From positions 1-64,000 of the IMG/VR virus record IMGVR_UViG_3300030376_004895: 64,000 bases of DNA, one strand, 5' to 3'. The stretch comes from a virus. Lineage: Duplodnaviria; Caudoviricetes. This document shows, one piece after another, positions 45,927 through 55,300 of the stretch (positions within the stretch are counted from its first letter, which is position 1; each line of letters begins with the position of its first letter). Made by a program: the position numbers and the translations under genes. The notes under the pieces were generated by a model, which was not told the DNA's origin, searched no databases, and was given only the letters and a program-made list of their open reading frames with translations.

Positions 45927-47156
45927 TCATATTCCCACCAATTGTTCCACCGCAGCGAAATTCAACTCATATTCCCAAAAACCATCACCGGCATTGTAAG
46001 ATGGCTTGAACATCTGCAAAACAACAGGTATTGCAACTCCTTGTTCGAGATATGGGTTAGGCCGTATAGTCTCATTATTGACAACAGTAGTGGGATCGAA
46101 CTCTTTCGTATTTTCTAGTGCAGAGTAATCAGTCCCTATCCCTGCGGGGATTAGGTATTGTCTGAGAACCCTATTCCCTGTGGTTGAGGAAGCCAGGGAC
46201 TCATATGGAACTCTGAGGCCCACGATATACTTCTTCACCGTCTTCATATCATCGACCCGTAGGAAACGAGATGCATCGAAAGATGCAATACCATCTGGAA
46301 TGTCGATGACTGATCCTGCCATGACATTTGGATTAATCAAAGCCCCACCCGCACTCATATTTGATAGGTTCAGAAGGTCTTGGACTTTATCCTCCATAGT
46401 CATCTGTTGAGCTGCAATTCCTCCCGTTGCATTTGTCACCCAAAACTGATTTGTCCAATCCGAACCCACATTATCCTTTGAAACCACTACTGTATGATTG
46501 CCAGCCGTGCCAAAAGTCTTGTTTGCAATTGTGATTTTCTCGCCATTGAATCCTGACCCTCCTTGTTGATCCTGTGAGAGCGTCTCGAATTGGCCGGAGG
46601 ACTGTGAAGTAGTGAATATAGCGGAAAAGTTAGTAGTGACGGTATTCACTTTCACTTGAGCACTCCCTAATGCAGATGCTATCGTATCTGCCAAACTGTC
46701 ACTATGAGTAGTGGAAGAGATATTCACAACAATGATGCTATTAGTGGCTACGGTGCTACTTCCTGATCCATTCTTCAATTGAATAGTTATGTCCTCTCCA
46801 AGACCGGCGTTGATTTGCCCTATACTCTTGAAATTTATCTCCACCCCATCTAAATCAAGTTTAACGGCATTCCAACTAGAATATAGCTCATACCACGCAG
46901 CCTTCAATGTCTGACTCCCATTGATTGATGTGTCTATAGTGAATGCAGACCCTGCTCCTGATGTTGCCTCTGTGTCATCCGTGAATATGCCGCCAATTTG
47001 AATCTGAATGTTAGTCTGATTGAGGTCAAGGGCGGCACGAGTGTTTATGATCGGCAGAGAGTATGCAGTAGTCACTCTGACTAAATCGAACATGATGCTT
47101 TCGGCATCTAATTCCAATATGCTGCTATCGCGTCTAATCAACTGAATCTTTGGCAT
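45927..47156 (-). CDS. Distal tail (Dit)/tube-initiator-like protein with insertion
   Basis: Directly after tape measure; C-terminal PSYNAGDGFWEYELNF. Confidence 0.55.
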   Translation of the reverse strand: MPKIQLIRRDSSILELDAESIMFDLVRVTTAYSLPIINTRAALDLNQTNIQIQIGGIFTDDTEATSGAGSAFTIDTSINGSQTLKAAWYELYSSWNAVKLDLDGVEINFKSIGQINAGLGEDITIQLKNGSGSSTVATNSIIVVNISSTTHSDSLADTIASALGSAQVKVNTVTTNFSAIFTTSQSSGQFETLSQDQQGGSGFNGEKITIANKTFGTAGNHTVVVSKDNVGSDWTNQFWVTNATGGIAAQQMTMEDKVQDLLNLSNMSAGGALINPNVMAGSVIDIPDGIASFDASRFLRVDDMKTVKKYIVGLRVPYESLASSTTGNRVLRQYLIPAGIGTDYSALENTKEFDPTTVVNNETIRPNPYLEQGVAIPVVLQMFKPSYNAGDGFWEYELNFAAVEQLVGI

Positions 47157-48556
47157 CAGATACCCCTCCCATAACCGCCTGACCTGGAACGGGACTTGAA
47201 GACTCTTTGAACTTCCTTTCCTACTGCCTTCGCAATCTTCTCTGGATCGCCATTAGCACCACTCACGTTGATGTTGAAAGTCCCACCTCCGCCCCCTCCT
47301 AATTCTCCCTCAATAGCAACAGGGATGCTATTTCCATCGGGCAATGGGACTACTGCCTCCGTTCCATGCAGTATGGCAGGGAACCCACTCTTTGGCCCCT
47401 TCATGATGCCGCCGGTAGCTCCCTGTGGCATCAAAGCACCCAAAGCGGCCCCTCCCATATCCATTATCCATTCTCCTGCATCACCCAAAGCACCCATTAT
47501 GTCGATGCCACCGAGCCACTCAAGGAGATCGTCAAATTTGCCTGTGACGAAATCATACAAACCTTGAGCACTATCCATCAATGGTTGGAAGGGGTCTTCT
47601 TCACCCTGCAAAAGATTGGAAATAGATTCAAAAAGTGAACCAAATAAATCAAGCATTTGATCAATTGTTCCTGTGATAGTTGTGAGGAGTGATTCCACCA
47701 TGCCAGCAAATATGTCAAATTCTTCTGTTCCGGTTAATTTGGCAATTTCAGTTAGGACTGTGCCAACGAGTGTCATTATCATCTCTATAAATTCGGAAGT
47801 CAAGTCTATTATTGAGTTGAATATCTCGATAATCCCCCAATCATCCAGGGCATTCCATATGTCCTCAGCCATAGCAATGATGGTTTCCGAGAGATCCATG
47901 CCCGAATAGCCCATTGCATCCAACATATCCGTCACACCCTGTATCAAGGGGTCAAGTCCGTCTTTGAGATTCTGCCATGCACCTCGAAGCGTATCTAAAA
48001 ATCCGACATCCTCCAATGCCTGGGGTATCTTGTCATAATTGTCCAGGACATGAATGATTATATCGACTACTTCGCCAAACAACTCTTCGGCAAGGCTAAC
48101 CCATGTGTCAATGACACCAGAGGCAAGATCGAAGACAGGTTGAAGGTCGAACTCTCCTATTTTCTCCCATGTTTCCACCAATTTATCTCTCAAACGCCCT
48201 ATTGAGGCAACCACCCCCTCTGATGCTTCGTTGCCCTTGCCCAAGCCACCGGCCAAGAGTGCGAGGAATGCAACGAATGTCATGAGGACTGTAATTATCC
48301 CAAGAAATGAGAGTCTGACGCTTTTTGAGGTCTTGTCCAGAACTGTGAAGGGTTTGGTGAATAGTTTCAAGGGGCTGAGAACCGCACTAATGGCCGGTTT
48401 CAATTTCATCCACACGTCCAGGAAAGGGCCGAAAGCCTTGCTCAGAATCGTGACCTTCGCATAGGTTGCCGTCAATGATTTGTTGAATTTACCCTTCAAC
48501 GCCGCATTGGTCTGTGTGACTTGCTTTGTGAAATCTGCAATGCCACCATCAGCCAT
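47156..48556 (-). CDS. Tape measure protein (short)
   Basis: Helical, one TM segment, C-terminal GGIMKGP..AILHGTEAVVPLP; follows the chaperones. Confidence 0.8.
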   Translation of the reverse strand: MADGGIADFTKQVTQTNAALKGKFNKSLTATYAKVTILSKAFGPFLDVWMKLKPAISAVLSPLKLFTKPFTVLDKTSKSVRLSFLGIITVLMTFVAFLALLAGGLGKGNEASEGVVASIGRLRDKLVETWEKIGEFDLQPVFDLASGVIDTWVSLAEELFGEVVDIIIHVLDNYDKIPQALEDVGFLDTLRGAWQNLKDGLDPLIQGVTDMLDAMGYSGMDLSETIIAMAEDIWNALDDWGIIEIFNSIIDLTSEFIEMIMTLVGTVLTEIAKLTGTEEFDIFAGMVESLLTTITGTIDQMLDLFGSLFESISNLLQGEEDPFQPLMDSAQGLYDFVTGKFDDLLEWLGGIDIMGALGDAGEWIMDMGGAALGALMPQGATGGIMKGPKSGFPAILHGTEAVVPLPDGNSIPVAIEGELGGGGGGTFNINVSGANGDPEKIAKAVGKEVQRVFKSRSRSGGYGRGI

Positions 48557-48920
48557 CTTCTTCCCTCAGTTTTGCATTCATTAAATCGAAACTATCTGTA
48601 AGGGTGGCACTATCACTTGTTGTCCGTAGTGGCCTCCCTTTATTTCGGTTTCCTCCGGCATTATAACGAGAAGACTGAGAATTATACCTTTTTTGATCAT
48701 CTGCTTGCTTTTCTTGAAAGGCTCTGACGAAGTTATACAGGAATTGAACCTCATCGGGAGGTTGATTATCCCAAGAGTGAGGTGGGCAGTTGAAATGAGT
48801 GCCTAACACGAAGGTAATCGCCCGATATGAGAGCATTAGGCTCTGTTTGGGGGTGAAGTCGCCTACCCTTCCATCTGAATTGAGAAACAATCGCAGCTCG
48901 GGGTAGGTTATCCCAAAGGG
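48549..48920 (-). CDS. Tail assembly chaperone gpT-like part, reached by -1 frameshift
   Basis: No ATG or SD; frame open from the C CCT TTG site to stop 48549. Confidence 0.7.
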   Translation of the reverse strand, partial: PFGITYPELRLFLNSDGRVGDFTPKQSLMLSYRAITFVLGTHFNCPPHSWDNQPPDEVQFLYNFVRAFQEKQADDQKRYNSQSSRYNAGGNRNKGRPLRTTSDSATLTDSFDLMNAKLREEDG

Positions 48921-49267
48921 GCAGACTCACCGCCGGAAATTGCACCCACTAACTCATCAATACCTGGGAGTATCCCCACTATTGCCTTCCCGACCTCTGG
49001 ACTGATCCTAAGAATGTCTTTCTTGGGGATCGAAGGCTCGGTATTCTCTATGCAATTCTTGAGGATGTATCTGTAATAGCCACCGAAGTCAATTTTTGGA
49101 ACCGCTTCATCACCATCAATCTGAAAATCCACAAATCTCGAAACTGCTTCTTGCTGCTGAATCCATGACATTGGCTTAATCCATACGACAAGATTGCCAC
49201 TTGGAGTTTCGACATCATGCCGAATGGCGGTGGTTCCTACGAGGAAATCATTCGCTTTCAGAGCCAT
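48908..49267 (-). CDS. Tail assembly chaperone (gpG-like)
   Basis: 119 aa between tube and tape measure; VWIKPMSW..LRISPEVGKAI. Confidence 0.75.
   Translation of the reverse strand: MALKANDFLVGTTAIRHDVETPSGNLVVWIKPMSWIQQQEAVSRFVDFQIDGDEAVPKIDFGGYYRYILKNCIENTEPSIPKKDILRISPEVGKAIVGILPGIDELVGAISGGESAPLG
48914..48920 (-). promoter_or_regulatory. -1 ribosomal slippery heptamer C CCT TTG
   Basis: X XXY YYZ in frame, one codon before TAA of the chaperone; -1 frame joins the next ORF. Confidence 0.75.
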
Positions 49268-49673
49268 CTACCTCATCTCCTCCGTCTTCGGTGGTTTCTG
49301 CAACCGCCTCTGACGTTTCCCCATCAAGAGGGGCATCGTCTGTGGCACTTGCCTCCTCCTCGACTACTGCTGGCGGAGTGTATCCGCCTGGATTGTTGGC
49401 ATCCCATGCCCTCAGCCTGTTGATCAACTGTTCCTTGTTGCCATAGATAGGCTCACCTCTCTGTTGTAGCAGGACTTTCAGCTCGGTGACGGTCAAATCC
49501 TCATATCCATCTTCAGGAGGTGCTTCTTCCTCGACTACGGCGGGTGCAAGCGCACCTTCGAGAGTTATCTCGGATGCACTCAAACCTGGGCCTTCTACTA
49601 TCTCTTCGCCTATTATTGTCCAATCAACCCACTCTCTTGAGCCATTGACTGTGATGAATCCCGTTAATCTCAT
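49248..49673 (-). CDS. SAP-domain protein with acidic linkers
   Basis: YEDLTVTELKVLLQQRGEPIYGNKEQLINRL. Confidence 0.8.
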   Translation of the reverse strand: MRLTGFITVNGSREWVDWTIIGEEIVEGPGLSASEITLEGALAPAVVEEEAPPEDGYEDLTVTELKVLLQQRGEPIYGNKEQLINRLRAWDANNPGGYTPPAVVEEEASATDDAPLDGETSEAVAETTEDGGDEVDGSESE

Positions 49674-49711
49674 TGTATATCCCTCATCCTCAATGGTTCT
49701 TTACTCTTCTC

Positions 49712-51883
49712 TCATAGAATGAAGTATGGATTGTTTTCTGTGACCTTCATGTGTCTAACTACTAACTCAACATCTGCCTCAATTGGCCCCTTGTCCGAGG
49801 GTATTTGGTGATCCGCCTTCATGATTGTATAATCCTCTATTGTAATAGTTGCAGTTTGCCTTGTAGTCGCGCTTCCTGGCTTTGTCATCGTGAAGGTGAT
49901 GTCATTTGTGTTCTGATGATGTCTGCGAGTCCTCAATTCCTCCCAAAGCCTGTCATCCTCCACTAGAGCCTTGAACGTGAAGGTGTATTCCCTTGCTCCT
50001 TCTGTGATGTCCATTGGTGTCTGCGTAGCTCCGTGTTGAACCTGATCGCTATCGTTCGATGCCCCTTCATATCCTCTGATGAACCACCGAGCCGTGTTAG
50101 TATTGGAGACACTAACGCTGAAAGAAGTTGCTCTCAGGACGGGGCGACCAAATATCTCAATACTGATGTCTTGGAAGAGGTATGGCTTCTCTCCATCAAC
50201 TGCGATTCCGCTAACTTTTCTGTTTGCAGAAGTGTTTGCAGTATTGTCGAACATCCTGTGGGGTGCGAATTTACTCCCTGTATCTGTGTAGTTTCTAGCC
50301 GCCTGATAATCACAGGAGATTTTCAATTCCCCCTCTGTATCTGCCGTTATGGTGGCACTACCTACTTTGCAACCACTATACAGTCTGAGAAGTTGCTCGC
50401 CACCAGGAGTAGCATCGCTGTTTCTCAGGGATTGCTCAATGGTGAATGAAGGGAGAGTATTGTGTCCGAAGAAAGTATGCGTCACGCCGTTCTGAAGTTC
50501 TTTCGTAGTGGCATTGATGTTCGGGCTACCCTTTGTCGCATCTGCGGTGTATCGTAATCTGTCAATCCCACAATCTGCAACTGCGTGAGCATACAATAGC
50601 CCTTCTTCGAGATGGAGATAATCGCCACCAACTGCGATGACTCTCCTGATCTCATGCTTGAAGATTGTCGGAGGAGTTCCATCCTGCCCAGGAATCTGAT
50701 GAGTGCTCTTGTCGATGATCTGCACATAGTCTCCAACAGAGAACATTGCACGAACGGTTGCACCCACATTGAGGAGAGTATCTCCAATGGATGCCGCACC
50801 TGCTAAGGGAGGCATTAGCACTACGCATTTGTTCTGAACAAGTGCTAGAGCTGCCGCACCGGAGTCGATGTCTGCTATCCCCTGGACATCATTAGAGGAT
50901 ATTGCCGTGTATGATGCGTATTTCGTAGTGCCGCTACTGTTCACTTTGAGGACACCGGCCGCAGTTCCGCTTGTGACGGCAAACACGGTCTTCGATGTCA
51001 AGGTGACATTGGTGCTACTTGTCGATGCCACTTTAGCACCGATCATGAAGTTGGTTCCACTTGTCGTGGACAGGCTATCTAACCCTGTAAATGTGGTTCC
51101 TGTCCCTCCAATTGCTGTGTAATCACCTGCGGTTCCCGAAGCAGATTGCAATTCGGCTCTGCCTGTCTTCGACCCATCGCCACCCACGTTGAATAGCTTC
51201 TCTGAGATAGTGTGGCTACCTGCTGCTAATGTCGCCAATGAGCCGTTGCCTCTTGCCGTATGCCCCCCAAGTGCATACTTCAACCACCTCATAGTGTGAG
51301 CATTGACCTCAAGCGAACCTCCATCGAGAGTCTCTCTGCCGCTTGTGATCACATTGACATCCCTGCCCATGCCAATGACGTGTTGCTTCCTCACATCTAT
51401 CTGAGGCTCGGGAACGGCAAACTCGTTCAAGAGTCCAATGAATTGATCTGTTCTGACCTTCTGCCCATTGGTGGCATCGGACATCGAAGAGTCGAAGGTA
51501 GGGCATTGATATGACTCAATTAGAAGATTGTCGGATGAACCTGCCGCCTGGGATGCGCTTGTGGCTAATGCGGGTTGAACGGTGATTGTTCCGGCAGTTG
51601 TGTCATTTGCCGTGATGTAGTAGGATCTCCTCGTTGTTGCATAGTCATCTGCCGAGAAATTAGTCCCACCTGTGATTTTCGCAACGCACCCAACAAGGAT
51701 GTTGTCAGGTATCTCCACGTCCGTTCCGCTACCCGTATGCCAATAAGCACCCGTTCCTACGGTTATCGTGCTAGTGCTACTCGTGCTTGATGTCAATGTC
51801 CAGGTGGCCCCATCGCACCGTAGTCCCGTTTCTTTTCCGAAGGAGACTTCGGCAAGATCTCCCTTGTATAGTGCATTCGCCAT
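49712..51883 (-). CDS. Major tail tube protein with inserted surface domains (723 aa)
   Basis: FAVPEP..SGRETLDGGSLE..WLKYALG; TLPSFTIE; YSGCKVGSATIT; EGAREYTFTF. Confidence 0.75.
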   Translation of the reverse strand: MANALYKGDLAEVSFGKETGLRCDGATWTLTSSTSSTSTITVGTGAYWHTGSGTDVEIPDNILVGCVAKITGGTNFSADDYATTRRSYYITANDTTAGTITVQPALATSASQAAGSSDNLLIESYQCPTFDSSMSDATNGQKVRTDQFIGLLNEFAVPEPQIDVRKQHVIGMGRDVNVITSGRETLDGGSLEVNAHTMRWLKYALGGHTARGNGSLATLAAGSHTISEKLFNVGGDGSKTGRAELQSASGTAGDYTAIGGTGTTFTGLDSLSTTSGTNFMIGAKVASTSSTNVTLTSKTVFAVTSGTAAGVLKVNSSGTTKYASYTAISSNDVQGIADIDSGAAALALVQNKCVVLMPPLAGAASIGDTLLNVGATVRAMFSVGDYVQIIDKSTHQIPGQDGTPPTIFKHEIRRVIAVGGDYLHLEEGLLYAHAVADCGIDRLRYTADATKGSPNINATTKELQNGVTHTFFGHNTLPSFTIEQSLRNSDATPGGEQLLRLYSGCKVGSATITADTEGELKISCDYQAARNYTDTGSKFAPHRMFDNTANTSANRKVSGIAVDGEKPYLFQDISIEIFGRPVLRATSFSVSVSNTNTARWFIRGYEGASNDSDQVQHGATQTPMDITEGAREYTFTFKALVEDDRLWEELRTRRHHQNTNDITFTMTKPGSATTRQTATITIEDYTIMKADHQIPSDKGPIEADVELVVRHMKVTENNPYFIL

Positions 51884-51896
51884 GTGCTATCAGAGA

Positions 51897-51924
51897 TTGC
51901 TAATCGGGCAATGCTATTTAGCAA
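51897..51924. repeat. Intergenic inverted repeat TTGCTAA...TTAGCAA
   Basis: 7-bp perfect arms between 51928(-) stop and tube start; overlaps a TAAATA TATA-like box. Confidence 0.35.
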
Positions 51925-51927
51925 CTA

Positions 51928-52194
51928 TCACTCAGAATCGGAATCTTCGTCTTCAGACTCTTCTTCTGCGTCTTCTTCCGGTATAACGGAGGACTCAGCC
52001 CTATTGCGGGCCTGTTGAGCTGCGAATACTTCGGACACATCTCTGTTGAGTTGTTGGGTTCTGGACTGAACGTAGTTGGTAATGTCCTGGTTGCAAGCCT
52101 CGTGTAGCCTTAATAGAACCAAGCGATCAGCATTCTGTTGCTGGAGGATTGGTATTGCTTCTTCTGCGGTAATAGTGCGTGGCTCGTCAGTCAT
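51928..52194 (-). CDS. Small coiled-coil protein with acidic tail
   Basis: 88 aa; TTTATG box 26 nt upstream. Confidence 0.7.
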   Translation of the reverse strand: MTDEPRTITAEEAIPILQQQNADRLVLLRLHEACNQDITNYVQSRTQQLNRDVSEVFAAQQARNRAESSVIPEEDAEEESEDEDSDSE

Positions 52195-52229
52195 TATACC
52201 GCCTCGGGTGTTTAAGGTTCATAAAGATG

Positions 52230-52388
52230 TCAGGACTGAGAGCATTCGTGAGCATCAATTACGTCATAGCAATCATCGCCGATCACCAATAATCCACATT
52301 GGCTACATTCCACATAGACATTCTTCTCATTCTCTAAGATGAGGTCGTGTCGTTCTTTCTTCGTTAGTCCTTCGTGTATTTCAGCCAT
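52230..52388 (-). CDS. 52-aa zinc-finger microprotein
   Basis: CSQC...HEC; overlaps fibre stop; not in ORF track. Confidence 0.6.
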   Translation of the reverse strand: MAEIHEGLTKKERHDLILENEKNVYVECSQCGLLVIGDDCYDVIDAHECSQS

Positions 52389-55300
52389 CTAATCTTGCCT
52401 CCAATTCCTCAACCTTAGCCGTCAGCTCCTGAACCGCCTTGACAAGCATCGGAACGAGCATTGACGTATCAAGGACGTGGAAGTCATCAAGTCCTTGCTC
52501 CTCTGTTAGTGTGACCGCATCGGGGATGACTTCCTTGAACTCCTGGGCGATGAAGTTTATCTGATCCTTCGCCCCGTCTATGTAGTCGAACTTGACGGGC
52601 CTTAGTGAGTTGATTACATCCAAACTCGAATCCAATTCGACTATGTTTTCCTTGACTCTCATGTCAGAAGACGTAGCCCAAGCCGAGTTCGTTGCCCTTC
52701 CTTGCCCATTGACATGGATGATATGGGAAGGAGCCGTGACTCCTATGCCGAGTTGCCCTCCTCCATCGAGATACATCTTCTCAGTAGGGGTAGTGCCGGA
52801 AGTCGTGCTGGATCTTGTCCAGAACATCATTCCCGTTGGTCTGCCCCAATTGGATGAGTCATCGCCCCTTGCACCGATACCTGCCCATTTGTCAGTTTCA
52901 TCCTCATTACCCCATCCTGATAGTTTGAGTTTGATACCGACTCCGTATCCATCAGAATTTGCATTCTTGGCGTTGGCGACTGTCACAGGCCATTGGATGG
53001 TATCATCAGTTGATTGGGCGACAAGCGCACCCGTCACCTTACTATGGTCTGCCGCTTGCATCTGGTCGAATCCATCGTGGATGAGCCTCAAAACCGCTTG
53101 ATCGGAGTATTGACTGTCATCACGGATGCGAACAAGGTCATTGTCCATATTGGATGCAGATTGGTTTCTCGTGATCTCCAAGCCAATGCCACTTGTCGTT
53201 GTGACAGTCCATGTTGGGTTGTTCGCCAGGTTGAGGTTGGTGTCAATATCGCCACCGTCTGCGGCCCACTCAAGGACGGTTCCACTTGAAGGCCACTTGA
53301 GAACTTGACCTGCGGAACCTGCTGTGCCAGGAATGACGTAGGCATTGTTGTTCGTTATCCCGCTTCCGTCAGATAGAATCTCGAACCTCTCAACTGCCGC
53401 ACCGCTTGATACGGAGCTTGTTCCTGAATAGAATTTCAAGTGATTGACATTCTCTATTCTCCAATCGTTGTAGTTGTCACCCGTTCCCCAAGTGTCATGC
53501 GTCCCTCTCATCATCTCTATTCTTGGTGCAGGTGATGAGTTCGTATCGGCGTGTATTCTGAGTAATTGATTTGCAGTTGCGGATTGTATGTATGTATCGC
53601 CTTTAACGTGAAGCAATACCTCTGGACTTGTAGTGCCTATTCCGACATAGCCCTCCTGTCCGAGAATGGTGAATCTGTCAGTCAAATTGGCAGTTCCTAT
53701 CTTCCTCGTTGCGATTCTGAAGTCACTTGTATGGTAGTCATCGGTCACACCATCAGATGTTCCTGAATTACCATGCACGTTGTATAGTTCAACTGTGGTA
53801 TTACCACTATTACCCGTGTGTTTTCTGAAAGCAATCTTGCTTAGAACATCCCCCGCACTCAAGGATGCTACGTTTGTATTGCGATAGATGCCAAGAATAG
53901 GTGCAGTAGCGTGTTCTATCGTCATTGTATCTGGTGGTGTATCTGTGCCTATTCCGACCTTGCCAGCAGAAGTGATCCTCATCTTCTCAGCAAGTGTCCC
54001 TGCTAGGGAAGTGCTGAATGTCATGTAGCCATCTTCGGCAGTATTTGTTGAATCTTCGATATTGCCAGTCATCCTAGCATACTCATGGCCTGATGATGCA
54101 CTACCTGAATCGCCAAATTGGAACTTGATTGCTGAACCGTAGTTTGCACCAGTAGCATCCCTTCTCAATACTAAGTGTGCTTCATTAGTAGCATTGTATA
54201 TCGTAGTGTCACCAGCAATTTGTAATGTGGAAACCGGACTAGCAGTATAGATTCCTACGCGATCAGTCGAACCATCGACCATTATCGCAGGTGTTGCTGA
54301 GTCTCCGTATATCTTGGTGTCCCAATCGAAATGCTCCCTGTTGAACTCAAGGGTTCCCGTAGTGGTGTCGTGGTCGGTCATCTTCATGATTGACCTGCGA
54401 GTGGATGCACCTCCTGTTATCTCGAAATTCCCATAGGTGTCCTCTGTCAGATCAGTCCAGGTATCTGAGCCGTGTTGCGACAGTAGCCTCAATGTCGCAT
54501 CTGCATCGGCAGAGGCATTGTCATTAGCGATAGTCACCATAGTTGATGTTTTTGTGGAATAGAAGTATCCGCCGTTGATTAACGAGGAGATGGGTGGTTC
54601 AGTCCCATCGCACAGATCGACCCTCGGGCCGAACAAGTATCCGTCTGGATCGGTGTTGCCTGTATCATCGTAATAGAACAGGAAGGAACGGTGTTTTGAG
54701 GTGGTTGTATCGGTGTGCCATCTGAATGAGTCTGTGATGTTAGCTTCTTTCTTCCCCGTATCGACATCATAGATTCCACCATAGATGTTAGTGTCGGGAG
54801 CAGTATCGCCGCTTCCCAGGACATGACCCACTAGCAAATACCACTTGCCCGTTTCAGGTAAGTCACCAGCCCAAAAGTATGGGTTGGTGCTCACCTGATC
54901 GTTGTCGATGTGAACTACACCATTCGTGTTTCCATAGCCGTGAGTGCCGAAATACAGAGTCATCGAGCCGCTACCGGATTGCGGACTCTCTTGCCTGGCG
55001 AAGACGCTGAAACGGTATGTCCTGGTGTGATCGACAGGGAAGGCATCAGTTGTCCAACCACCATCTCCCCCTCCTGCATCCATGTTAGTCATTTGCCATA
55101 GGATTCCTCGTTGCGGATAGTATGGAGATGGCGTATCACCCCATACTCGTGAGTTCTCGTTAGTGTTGCCATTCTGAACGAAGTCGAAGTATCCGTTTGT
55201 ATCGGATCCCGTTCCTACCGTCCATTGGACATCGAGCACTTGGCTACTCGCACCCACTACTCGGCTATTCTTATCGACAAATACTCCTGTGGATGTGACG

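Noticed and set aside
51896-51925. Resemblance of TGCT..GGGCAAT..AGCA here to the apical loop at 10521-10535
   Set aside because: Only 7 nt are identical with different spacing; compatible with chance
52214-52226. + strand GGTTCATAAA as a further copy of the viral promoter motif
   Set aside because: Lacks the GAGAGT part and is better explained as the - strand TTTATG box 26 nt upstream of ATG 52194
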